Source: Hemiscyllium ocellatum
Taxonomy: Eukaryota
Direction: 5' to 3'
DNA length: 33,822 bases
Assembly: GCF_020745735.1 (NCBI RefSeq)
Contig: NW_026867481.1
Span: 723,291-757,112 of the forward strand
This document shows positions 22,011-33,822 of this stretch, in pieces. Every line of letters starts with the position of its first letter. Position 1 is the first letter of the stretch. The translations under genes and the position numbers were made by a program. The notes below the pieces were generated by a model. The model worked only from the letters and a program-made list of their open reading frames with translations, had not been told where the DNA came from and ran no database searches.

Positions 22011-23591
22011 CTGAAAGTGAATACCATATCCAATAATCATCATGGTCGTCACCATTTTCTACTTTCATATCCAACCTGCAACAATACTTTTGTCACAATA
22101 CTCGAAGAGAATGGATATATGCTGGAAAGGAGATGCTTCCTGGGAAATTATAAACTGATCAGGAGCAGAAAAAGAAGCTTCTGCATATTGCGGTGTGATT
22201 CTGCAGTGCAGTCCAAATTGCCCATTATCAGAACAAAAGTACATTCGCTCACCCAATTCATGTCTAATCCAATGAATGACAAACTAATTTGGCAATGTGG
22301 CCAGACCGAGGACAGCAAAGGGAAGCTGAAGAAGAGACTGGCGATGTTTTGCTACTCTAGTATTAGTTGAGAGAATGTGCTATATGCGTGACTCTGGCGT
22401 CCTCTTGTGTTGTCTCTATGCAAATTATTCTGCACGACAAAGCATGAAGTATTGTTGAATATCGTTATCTGTAGAGTAACAGAGAGAAGACATATGATAT
22501 TTTTGGAGATTGTGGAAGCAATTGTGTTTTCTGCTCATTATTTTCAACGATTCTATGCTTATTTCTCCAGTCGCCTTTTTTGTGATCCTTTTTGCTTTTC
22601 CTCCTTGTTGGTGTGCATTGCTTGTTTACCTTCGGATTCCTCCATTTGTGATTTCTCAGTCTATCTATTTCAGGTTGAATCTAAATCTCTATTTTCTGCT
22701 TTCTTTTTCTTTCTCTCTATCTTTCAGAGACAGGATCTGTGCCCTTTCAAACTCCTGTGATTTTTATTTGCAGAGACAGTTGATGGTTTCAGGACGTACT
22801 GAAGGGAGTTGGCTGACAATGTCCATCACTTAGCCATCTCTCAATCGGTTCCTTTCTTCATATACCCAAAACCATATTGCCACATACATCAAAATACAAT
22901 TCATGTTCTGAATTAGTTTGTGCAATGAAAACTAAAAGGGCAATGCTCAACTTGATGGTCATATTCCCCAAAAGACTTACGTTTCAATCATCTTCCTGTA
23001 CAATTGTATTCAGATTAGAATTTGCCACTACCTTAATTTAATCGAGTGAAAACATCAATCCACTGTCCTTTGTTTTTAGCCATGTGGAAATACGTTGGTA
23101 AGCACAACACAGCTTTGTGAACATGATATTATTAAGACACGTCTTTTGTTAAGTACGTATTTCATTTTGTGCTTTATTTCTTGTTTTATTGTTCTCTAAA
23201 GGCACTTAGTAGTGAGATACCCCTTTTATATTTGCATGTTATTTGCATCTTGTCTACAATATTTTTGATTATCCATTTGCCTTGTAAAATTCCTCATTTC
23301 GCCTTTATTTCTGACTATAAAGACGTCAACACTTCGTCATTGCTGTGCAATTATAATTTCTGCATGCTGAGAAAAGATGGCATCAACAACTTCGAAAATG
23401 ACATCTTCATTAAGCAACAATTTCCGGTTTTGTTTATGAGATCTTAATTCTGGAATTTAATATTGATGACTTGAGATTGATACATGCATCGGAAGAGACT
23501 GATGTTTATATAATTAGGTGTAGCATCGAAGAACCTGGAATTACTAGATGAATATTTTAACATTTTTGTGAATTGAGTTTTCTATTGTGCA

Positions 23592-23804
23592 GGAGAAAGC
23601 GAGGACTGCAGATGCTGGAGATCAGAGTTGAAAATGTGTTGCTGGAAAAACGCAGCAGGTCAGGCAGCATCCAAGCAGCAGGAGAATCGACGTTTCGGGC
23701 ATGAGCCCTTTTTCAGGAATGGAGAAGAACTCATGACCGAAATGCCGATTCTCCTGCTCCTTGGATGCTGCCTGACCTAATGCGCTTTTCCAGCAACACA
23801 TTTT
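23592..23804. mobile_element. Penelope-derived palindromic (hairpin) repeat
   Basis: Inverted arms of ~80 bp (23631-23712 and 23723-23804): aaaatgtgttgctggaaaa..gcagcatccaag..tttcgg. Preceded by gaggactgcagatgctggaga, which I recall as typical of shark Penelope pLTR relics. Confidence 0.75.
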
Positions 23805-25949
23805 CTTCTCTATTGTGCAAACAATAACAGCAATGAAACAGTGACAGTAATATTCCCAGTAATGCAAGCTAGTCAAAATGACAGCAGCAAACGGATGGCG
23901 TGGCCGGAATAAGTGCCGACAAAGAGCTTAATGAATTATTATGATGGCTTCCAGATGTGCTTGGAGTACATGGATTAGAAAGAACGAAGGTTGAACCTCG
24001 AGGTCTGTTTCGACCCTGCACGTGCTTACTGTTCAATTGATTGCAAAGATGCTTGGAGGGATCAGAATACCGAAACTTTTAATTTGGAGTGAGACATATC
24101 AAACTCTTCTATACTTTTAGTGGCCCGCTCACCTGCCTTTACAAGTGGACGATGTGTGGATTGAGCCTTGCATATTCATATCAGACAATGGTGCCAACTG
24201 AATGGAGGACAGTGTAGGATTTCTCCTGCTCCTGCAGTAGTGCTGCTCAATAATGCAGTGCCTCTCTCAGTGACATACACAGACTGCAAAGGCATTGATA
24301 TAGCCTCACTATTAGTTGCAGTTTAAACGTCTGTAGATATAGAGGAATGTCATAGAAATAATATAGTATGCATATACAATGTCTATCAGAACGAGCCAAC
24401 GCACTATGACGGAGGAAAGAGTAAGTAATTCCAGGTAGTATTCACTGAAATGATGGTAGGTCCTTTTCACATACTGTAACTTCCCGTAAATAATTGACAG
24501 AAGAATCAGGCCAGTGAAGGGTTCATGAATGGCTAACTGAGACATGTACTTATCGCATTGTAGCTGTTGGACCAATGTCTTAGGTATCCGTGATCACAAA
24601 GCTGGAGGAAGAGATCCCCAGTAATTTCTATGGGTACTCATAATCAAACGACTAATTGTTTTGCAATGCACCACAAATTATTTTATAATATAATTTTATT
24701 GGAAATTAAAGTAACAACTGGTCCTCGGCTATTCTTGGTGAATGTTGTGCTTTATTTTGTTGTTGGACTGATAACACTATGATTCGCATTCTGAAGACTG
24801 AACTGCTGTTTCAGGTTCTCCATGTGATGTCGCTGTCTAATGGGCACTAACTGGAATTCTCAGCACACATTTTCAGGATGGCTCCGCTATTTCTCTGCTA
24901 TTCTGTGGACTGTGTGGCACAGGGATACCCAGCGCTTTCTGAGAGAAAAACCTAGATGGTAAATGAACTGATTTGATCTGTTTGTTTAAAACAACAGAGT
25001 ATCAGTCTGAAAAATCGTCAGATGTGTCCCCTGAGGTATACCATCAGTGAGCAGCGACTGTCCAACAGTTTATTGGACACTGACAGACACAATGGCATGA
25101 AGCTGTTATGAAGATGTTGGTGTACTTTTAAGACAGTTAAAACAACAGCACTACCAGAGACAGCACCAAGTGTTCTCAATGTAACACTGGGTCGAGCAAC
25201 TCGATTAGTTCGATGCCTAGAGACATGAACAAATTCGAATTTGTTTAAATTATACCAAGAAAAATGCCAATTCCCAAGCAGGTTTCAATTGAGAATATTG
25301 ACGATGTTAAAAGCTAATGACAACATTCGGTGCTCTGGGGTATATGACCGGGGAAAATTGAACGGTTGAGGGTATAACGGTCAAGTCCGAGGAATGTAAC
25401 AGACTGATTGAAAAATATCTCTCTTAAAAGTACTTTTCAATCAGTAATCTGTAAGCAGATATTCCTAACAAGGAGGAAAGAAAACACAGATGGATCCGAA
25501 GACAAGAACCCAAAGCTGCCAGGTTTTGAGATAAGTGTCATTTTCTAAATCTTAATTGTGAGTTTATCGGACTAGTATTATAGAAGGGAAAGTCACAGAT
25601 AGGTTAGAGAAATAAATTGTACATAATGGTTAGTTACTTATTCTCTGTTATACTTTAAGAAATAAGGATTTCTTTTTTACTTTGCATACGTCATGTCCAC
25701 TCATCGTTTTACAGTTTACTGCACATCTTTTCTGTGTTGCTGGTTTAAAGTTAAGCAGGATAGTTTGCCCCATTTCATAACAGTAACGAACAGTTAACTA
25801 TCCAATCTCATCTTCCAATACTTGATTAATTGCCTTGTATTACTTGTTGTTGCAAGTACACGTCGAAAGGATTGTAAAAGAATAAGCAGAGTTTTGTCTC
25901 TACCGTCCTTAATAACTGATTTTAGGATTCAGGGAAACCGCTGGTTGAA

Positions 25950-26630
25950 CAGAACTCCTCATATTTTCAGGGAACCGACTGCCTCCAACTTTAAATTTAT
26001 TCAGCGGACACTGAAGCATCCAGCAAAGGGAAACATTCATACCTGTCCATTTTATCTACATTCATTTTTGCCCTTTCGATCTGTATCGCTCACAATTTTA
26101 TGCGTCCCATCAGGCAAGCTTAATCTCCTATACTGCAATGAAAATAAGTCTGTCCATACCTTCTTCATAACTAAAGGTCTCCAACCAATTTAACATGAAA
26201 GAAGTCTTCTCTGCACCCCCTCTTTCGCAATAGAATTATTCCTATACTGTGAATTCCAAAACGCAATGCATTAATTTAATAACGCAATGCAGCCTAACCA
26301 ATATGTATGCGATTCCTCCAATACCTCACCGTTCCAAGCTCTATGATTTAGTTAATAAGTACAAGTGTCCCGTTAATTTCAAAACTATCCTACCACCTTA
26401 ACGGACCAGTGGACATGCAAGCTCAAGGCGCCCTGGTCCTCAGTGCTTTGCAATGTCCCATGGTTCCTTACGCATTCGTTTGCCTTGCTGATTCTGCCAG
26501 CGCGCATGACCTCGCATTCAGGAAGATTGATTTCAATTTGCCTCTAATCAGTCCATCTGACAATCTCGCCTATCTCATCCTCTAACGTAGACTCTCTTCC
26601 CACAATTTGTCACACATATTTATGAATGAT
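25950..26630 (-). mobile_element. Old CR1 LINE RT/3' region fragments
   Basis: Antisense CR1-like tracts such as atttcaatttgcctctaatcagtccatctgacaatctc; highly decayed, boundaries approximate. Confidence 0.4.
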
Positions 26631-29439
26631 TTAAATATCTCAATGAAATTACTGATTAACATTCATATTCTGACATTCATAGTTAAATATTGCCACAGAC
26701 AGAATTATTCCAATGCTGACCGTTGCCGAGCTCCAGTGAGATCAGGATTGTAGTAAAAAAAACTTCGTCCGTCATAACAGTCTGCTTTCTGTCTCACACG
26801 AAAATCTGGATCTAAACAGCGGCTTTATTTCTTAAATTCAATGTGGTCTTACTTTTTGCATCCATCTCCCATGTGAGAACTTATCAAATGTCATGCTGAA
26901 GTGGTATCTTTAACACACCGTCTTGCTGATTCGAAAACATCAATCAAGTTGCTCAACCATGAACCGCAAACTTAATAAAACTATACTGTTTGTTTTTAGT
27001 TAGTCTCTTCCTAACTAAGTGCAAATTATTGCCTTGCCTCACAATTGCTTCTGATAATTTGCCACCTCTGAGTTCAGATTGAGAGATTGTAGTTTCTTGG
27101 TTTATCTTTTTCTTTGTTAAAAGAATGGTATCACATTGACTGTCCTCCAGTCAGCTAATAAAGTCCTCAGTAAATCGTGGTAAACAAATAAATGCATACA
27201 AAAACATGCTCAATGACGATGCTTGTTTTAACTATCACAGAAATGTTGAATCAATCTTCGAATAACCTATGTGATAATATGGAATGGCGTCTTCCCAATT
27301 AGGATACAACACAGCATCTGATTGTTTGTGTGTACCTGGGCGCATGCTTCTCTCTTCTTGTAGCTTTCTGTATCACGACCAACAATCTCCAATGTAACTC
27401 CCTCTTCTGTTTGTTTACCAGTGCATGATTCAGCGCCTTCTTATCCACTTCTGATGGCGACTTTCTGTCATTACCTGAGTTTCAGATTCATTCTCTCCTC
27501 CTGTTGAAATCTCTCTGTATCAGTGTACTCAGCCTCACTTTGATTTGATAGACCATAACTTAACAAAAATCAGTTACAGATGGCGATTTCAACCTTAATT
27601 TTCCATCTGTCGAAATGTAGGGTGCTGAAAGTACCTGGCAGATATGGACAGACATACAGAGTGAGTACAGAGAAACATAAATAGATTTTCTTCATTTGAT
27701 GCAGATGCTTTTGAGCATGGGTGAAATCTTTTGCCTATCCCCACAGTTATCTGCAACGTAGAGATGTGAGCGTATGTCTGGGAGGGACAAAGTCAGACGT
27801 CTGACGATACCAGCTTAGAGTTCAACTGATTTATTTAAACTCACAATATTTCATAGCGCTGCTCCTTCTGTTGGAATAAAATCAGGTATCGTCAGACTTC
27901 TGAGCGAAATAAAGAAAGAATTATATTGCTGGTTATCTGGTGTTACATGTATGTTTACTAGATCAAGCCAGGATGACAGTTTCCTTCCCTTGATCCAGAT
28001 GAGCAGTTCCTAACAACTGATTCTAGGTCATCATTAATTCTTCATAACTGCTCTTTTTTGCTGATTTATAGTCTGCAATGGCGGGATTGGAAACCCTCTT
28101 CCGAGAATATTACCTAACCCTTTGGATAGACAGCCTATTGACCAGATCACAAGTACTCTCCCTCACGTCGTTATTATTATAAAGGTGAAGCTGATCTACG
28201 AGGTGCTGAAAATTAAGATTAATCTTATGCATAGTGATATGGGAAAAGGGATTAAAGTATTAACATTAAGAGAAAGGCAGTTGGTAATTGCACGAGGACT
28301 TTCAAGTGGAGTGTGTCAGAATGTGGATGCTGAACCCAACTGCTAATTTAAACCAAATACCCAGAAAACCTCACCTCGCATTGCAATCTGTTAAAAATGT
28401 CTGAGTGAAATCAGAGCTCTAATTTACTCTCTATAAATAAAAAGTAAAAATTTATTTACTTAACACTAACAGGGAACACTCAGTAAAACCTTTAACAAAC
28501 CGAACATTCTTTTCCATACCTAACCACTGCCGCTTAGCTGAATATAATTCTATTAAAATGCAGTTCAATAACACAATTATTCAACGTCACAATTACTTCA
28601 CTTCTCAAAGTTCATAATTCTCTTATGCTGTCTTCCATCCAGTCTTCCTTCAGGTCTTCTCATTTTGCTATCTTCACCTTGGGTCATCTTAATTTCAAAA
28701 AATATCTTTTGATGGATGGTGCACGCTGAAATTTCTTTGAGACAAGGTGTTTATTTCTTCAGATGGTAGTTGTTATGATAAGTTTTCAGGTTGCACGTGA
28801 TTTTGAAAGCCCCGACATTTTTCACTCTCATTGGTCCGATGCTGTCAATACAAGAGATTCAAACTCAGTCAGTTTAGTAACCTGTGTACAGCTTAAATTA
28901 ATTGGTTAAATATGTCTTATTGTCAAAACAACAATCAAAATTCAGCTATCCATTTAAGCCATTTGTTACATGTTGCCACTTTGGAACAGCCAGTATCTTT
29001 GCTGTTCAGTATTCCAGCAGTTGTGGCTGTACTTCAAATTTACTTTAAAATTCAGAACGCACAATCTGTCTTCAAGTGAGTATACACTCCTTTGACTTTG
29101 TAACACGAAGAATTATCGGGTGATGGTGCATGGGCAATTTGGGCCACATAAATTAGCTTTGTATCAGGATAACCTGTAACAAAAGTAGGAAGTGATGCAG
29201 ATAGAGAAAAAGAGTCTTCAGTGCAAGACTACTGGAAATCTGAGGAATTGTTTCCAATTGATGGAAGATATTGTGTGAAAGTTATCTTTGCTCTAATGAC
29301 ACTGAGATACTAACACTTATTAGCAAAGTGCAATCATCAGATAACCCAATACAGCAGATCACTGAAAGTAGGGTTTTAGAATGGATGTCTTCTGTGACAA
29401 AGTTGCTCCTTTGACAAGATTATGCATTTTGTTGTAGAG

Positions 29440-32400
29440 AGGTCGTAAATGAAACAAACAGTTGAAATGTGTGATGATGATAATTTCGTCCATAACACAA
29501 TGTTTTGCTTCCATAATCAATTTCAATCCGTGAGAGATAGAAATTTGAGCAAAGAGAATGCCTCACGTGGAAAGGGGAAAGTAGATGTCGGTGGTTAAAT
29601 ATGTCTTATTGTCCAAGGGTAAAAAGGAAACCATTGAAGGGAACCATTGAAGGGAACGGAGAAGTTCAAAATATCCAGTATTTTCACTGCAAACAAGTAG
29701 GCTACATGAAACCACAATGTTAGTGGTTGATGAGTAACACTGAGATGATGTTGGAACACAAAATAAGGCAGTGAATTTCGCTGGTGTGGTAACAGAAAGC
29801 ACAATGGAGGCTAGAAAGCTGCACTAGAGTGTACAAGCGGGTTGGAGTTTGGTTACGCCTTAAATGCCAGATCTTCTTCCACCATATACTGTGAAAGTAA
29901 GGTTTATTCACATTGGCCACGAACAGCAGGTGAAGAGGTTGCAATATTAAGTTACACAGGATCCTTTCAATCTATGATTCTGCCAGATGAGGAGATGATG
30001 CAAGATGATCAGAGGATTAGATAGAGTAGACAGTGAAATATTTTTTCCTAGAATGATGACGTCAGCTTTTACGAGAGGGCATAACTACAAATTGAAGGCT
30101 GATAGATTTAAGACAGATGTCAGCGGCAAGTTCCTTAGGTAGAGAGTGGTAAGGGTGTGGAATCTCCTTCCTGCTAATATAGTCAACTCAGCCACATTAG
30201 GGAGTTTTAAACAATCCTTAGATAAGCACATGGATCATTTTGGGATAGTGTAGGGAGACGAGCTGAGAATAGTTCACAGATTGGCGCAACATCGAGGGGC
30301 GAAGAGCCTGTTCTGCGCTGTATTGTTCTGTGTTCTATGTTCTATATGTACTTCTGAAGGACTATTGTGAAAAAAAGCACTAGTAACAGAATTAACGGTG
30401 AGACAAGAAGTGCTCAATTATGTAAAGTTAGTTTAGAGTGTCCAGTGAAGAATGGAGAATTCGTGGAAGGAGTACTGGGCAAACTCTCGTCTCCAGGAAT
30501 ACAGTTCGTTGCTCACAATAATGCATGTGTCGACTAGATTCCCAAGGGTGTTCCAGTATGCAATATCATATGTAAAAGTATTGGAAAAGAATTACTCAAA
30601 TTTTTCACGGGTTACGGTCTAGCAACAGAAATACAATCAGATCACAGGGAAAACATCACAATAAAACTATCTAAGGAAGTTAGGGACAATTTAGGAATAA
30701 AACAATTTAAATCTACTGCGTAACATCCAGAATTGCAGATAGTGCGAGAAGGGCGGCATCATGTATTACAGGCCATGTTGAGGGCTTATAATCAAGAGTA
30801 TCTCGATGAATGGGATAACAAAATTCCGTTTGTGCATTTTGTGATCAGAGATGCACGGGTTGCATCCTCCAAATTCAGTCCATTTGAATTAGATTTTGGC
30901 AATGAAGTGAGAGGACAGCTAAAATTTATTAAACCGATATTGGGATATCAGGATTCGGAGAACACATATTTGGCTTATGTATCAAATTTTACAGAACGAT
31001 TAAAAAGAGCTGGGAATTGGCTGGACAGCTATCTATAGTATAGCAGCATACAAGGAATAAGGCAAGAAATTTAAAAAATTGCAATTTTATTATTGCTGAT
31101 AAGATTTTAGTGTTGCTTCCAGTGAAGGCCAGCATTTAAAATCAAGGTTTTGTGGCCCTTATCAAGTCGCAAGTAAATTGGGTAAGGTGAATTACTTGAT
31201 AAGGACTCCAGACAGAAAGAAATCTCACGAAGTGTGTCTTGTGACTATGATCATAAATTATTTTGACAGGAATGGAAACCAAGCGGAAAATGTGTTACTG
31301 ATTACAACACAGAGGAAATAACCAAGTTCAGATGATTCTGAATTGGACATTCTTCAAATAAAATTGGCTAATGAGAAAGTTGTAAAAAATTGGGATACAT
31401 TATTGGTTTAACTTTCCAGAGGAAAACCTGAAATTATCAGACTGAGTTGTTGCTATCACATTGAGAGATAAGGGGAATTAAGCTGGGAAATACTAATCTA
31501 ATCATGTATCATGTCAAATTAGGAGACGTTGTTCCGTTTAAGAAGCATTCTTTTGGCGTAACCCTCTAAAATTAGCGCAGGTTCAAAAGGAGACTAAACG
31601 CATGCTCCAAGACATAATCGAAGTCTTTTACAGTGACTGGAGCTCACACATAGTAATGGAGCCAAAACCAAACGGTAATCAACGGCTATGTGTGGACTAT
31701 CACACGGTCATTGCAGTTACAAAGACTGATGCATATTCGATTCTGGGATTGGAAGAGTGTGTTGGGATAGTGGGACAAGCAACTTATATTTCTATGCTGG
31801 ACTTGCTTGAAGGATACTGGAGGTACTTTTATTAGAAAGGGCAAATGCATTTTCGACTTTTGTCTTTCCGAAAGGAGTGCAGGAGTTTAAAGTCATGCCA
31901 CTTGGTAAGAAAAAATGCACCACCCACATTTCAGAGACTAACCAATAAGTTCATTGCAGGGTTACCCAACTGTGCTATATATATCGATGATCTGGTGATT
32001 TTTAGTCATCATTATGTATGACATAGAAGGGACATTTACAACATTTATCAGGCTTTTTCGATCGACTTTGGAAGGCAGGTTTGGTAATAAACCTGGATAA
32101 AATGAATTTACTAAAGCCCAAGTCACCTTCTTGTGCCATATTATTGAACACGGATAAGTGACCCCATGGCATGGCAAAGCAAAGGTAATTGGGTAGGTGC
32201 CCATGTGATCGAAAGAAGAGCAGTAGTACGTGTGAGAGAATGCCATCGAAAATGTGTACCAAATTTTAGGAATGTGGCTGCTCCAGTCACTGAATTGCTA
32301 AAGAAAGGCAAGAAATTTCAGTGGGCAGTGGGCTTTCAGAAGGCATCTAACAGCCTGAAAGCTGTGTTAACCACTGCCCTGGTATTAGCCACACTTAATT

Positions 32401-32770
32401 ACGCAAAGTGATTCAAGGTGACTGTCGAACAAGTGACGTGAATGATGGTGCTCTGCTGTTGCAAAAAGACGACGAGAAGATAGAATGACCTATCCGGTAT
32501 ACCGCCAGGAAGATGAACGTTCCTCAGCAAAAATATTCGATGGTTGAGAAAGAGACTTGGAATTTGGTGTTGGCATGGCAACATTTCAGTGTAAGGTAAC
32601 TGAGGCAATCATGTAGGCTGATAAACACTCATTGATTTCTGTGGAAAAATGTAAGAACAAAACTACCAGACTGCTACGATCGACCTTGTTGTTACAGTCA
32701 TTCAATCTGAAAATTATGCATGTGATTAGACAAGAAAACATGATTGCCAACGTATTGTCAAGACACGTTT
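29440..32770 (+). mobile_element. Decayed Ty3/Gypsy LTR retrotransposon internal region with Gmr1-like order gag-PR-INT-RT-RH
   Basis: Zinc-knuckle relic YFHCKQVGYMKPQC (~29680). Protease relic VAILSYTGS (~29940). Integrase core (KSTA*HPE..QAMLRAY..WDNKIPFV..FSPFEL, 30620-30930) and RFCGPYQV (~31150). RT LCVDY..MLDLLEGYW..NCAIYIDDLVIFS (YIDD 31980-31991). RNase H-like region 32400-32770. Many stops and frameshifts. Confidence 0.85.
30040..30346 (+). mobile_element. CR1 3' end nested in the Gypsy element
   Basis: gagagggcataactacaaattgaagg..gtggtaagggtgtggaat..gagcctgttctgcgctgtattgttctgtgttctatgttctat (CR1-type 3' UTR and repeat tail). Confidence 0.75.
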
Positions 32771-32916
32771 GAGAAACGGAGGCATCCGGTGGCAGAAATA
32801 CCACCGATTTGCACGTTTGATGTAAATGTAATGTGTATGCGTGCTTTAGAGTCCGAATAAATATTTTAAGGAGTTTTAAAATTAACCAACTTTGGATATT
32901 GTCGGTTCACTGTTTT

Positions 32917-33300
32917 GAAGAGGGGAGGTATGACGAAGGTTATGCAATTCTTGGTTATTTTGATTCAGAGGTCATAAATGACAGACACTGAAAAGCCTTG
33001 GGTGTGGGGTTTTATTGTCAATCTGTTCATAGCTAACAACACTGCCTCGGGCAGACGCTTTCAGGTTCCCTCTCTCTCTCTCCCTCTCGCTCTCTCTTTC
33101 TCTCTCTCTCTGTGACATTCATCCTGTAAGAACTTGTGTTTGATTTTAACTTTTGTGCCAAGGAGTTTTTATGGGGATTACGGCACATGTTTGAAAGAGT
33201 ATTATTTAGTTGGAATGATCTGTTGGATTTTCGGAGAGTTTAAGTAAACCAATATTCTGTTTTCTGTTGTTTGTTTTTCATTCACTAATATTGTAACTGT
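32917..33300 (+). mobile_element. Polypurine tract and probable start of the 3' LTR
   Basis: gaagaggggagg (32917-32928) followed by tatgacgaagg, downstream of RNase H. The LTR end could not be located. Confidence 0.45.
33070..33111. repeat. Imperfect (CT)n microsatellite
   Basis: ctctctctctctccctctcgctctctctttctctctctctct. Confidence 0.9.
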
Positions 33301-33822
33301 CACTGTGAACATTGCTGTATCAAAATCTGGGAGAATCCAGAAGTTGAGTTTCTGGTGCCTCATTGCATAGCGTATGCAAACGCATCGCTTCTCAATACCT
33401 TGTGTGTTATATTCCCTGGCCCCGCTTTCCAGGTGAAGATTGGCTTCACGATCTGCTTGTGCTCCTGTGATCCAGTTCAATTGACCTTGGGAACTGAACA
33501 GTCAGAGGGAGCTGGAGGTGAGACAGGGAAAGGCAGAAAAAGATGTGACATCAAGGTGCTAAGAGTTTGTCATTTGTCTAATCTCTTTTTGTTGAGGAAA
33601 GTCTGCCGGATGCTGTCATTTATAACACGCAGGAGACACAATGGCTGTTTTAGTGGATTTTGGCAACTGAAGTTTGCACATCAGCAGTCTGTGGTACTAT
33701 TTCAACTCAATGTCTATTTCAAACCCCAATTCACAGCAACAGGTCATATTGTCTGTAGAAATCACTTGTGTTCGACCGAGTTTTTTTTGTGTCAAAGAAG
33801 CCAGTAGCTTGGGACTGGGAAC

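Larger units (their letters stand above)
1..23201. repeat. Tandem segmental duplication with ~9.7 kb period: partial unit 1-3813, full units 3814-13493 and 13494-23201
   Basis: Position 1 aligns with 9701 and 19443. V-A heptamers lie at 246, 9947 and 19687. Homology ends after gttctctaaag at 23201, equivalent to 3813 and 13493. Confidence 0.95.

Noticed and set aside
1-23201. Array as an assembly artefact
   Set aside because: Copies differ by many substitutions and copy-specific indels, which does not fit duplicated reads.
28975-29300. ATLEQPVSLL..DGRYCVK, resembling a gamma-type V
   Set aside because: Needs several frameshifts, lacks Cys, Trp and an RSS, and lies next to the Gypsy relic.
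29629-29654. 13-bp tandem duplication aaccattgaaggg x2
   Set aside because: Ordinary slippage inside a dead gag region.
33355-33807. 150-aa ORF and a TGACATCA (CRE-like) site at 33546-33553
   Set aside because: No recognisable protein motif, and no V leader or exon in the window to tie the motif to.
1-33822. J segments, C exons, a complete NAR-TCR cassette, CRISPR arrays, tRNA or rRNA
   Set aside because: No RSS-FGXG-donor pattern, C-domain exon, short spacer-repeat array or structural RNA gene was recognised by eye.

Overview
Vertebrate genomic DNA, most likely from a cartilaginous fish (shark-type repeats; inference). It covers part of an antigen-receptor V-segment array of the TCR alpha/delta type. 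Bases 1-23201 are about 2.4 head-to-tail copies of a ~9.7 kb unit, roughly 90% identical by eye. Each unit carries up to six V-type elements: one intact V (family A: leader exon, intron, V exon, 23-bp-spacer RSS), one open-frame V lacking the canonical first Cys and Trp (family D), and four pseudogenes or relics (B, C, E, F), of which C is inverted. Each unit also carries CR1 LINE fragments and an internally inverted Penelope-like fragment with a hammerhead-ribozyme motif. Bases 23202-33822 are non-repeated, transposon-rich DNA: a Penelope-derived hairpin, CR1 pieces, and a decayed Gypsy LTR element with Gmr1-type domain order (gag-PR-INT-RT-RH) and a nested CR1. No J or C exons were recognised. 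Most other ORFs in the supplied track are shadow ORFs. All alignments were done by eye, with no database search.
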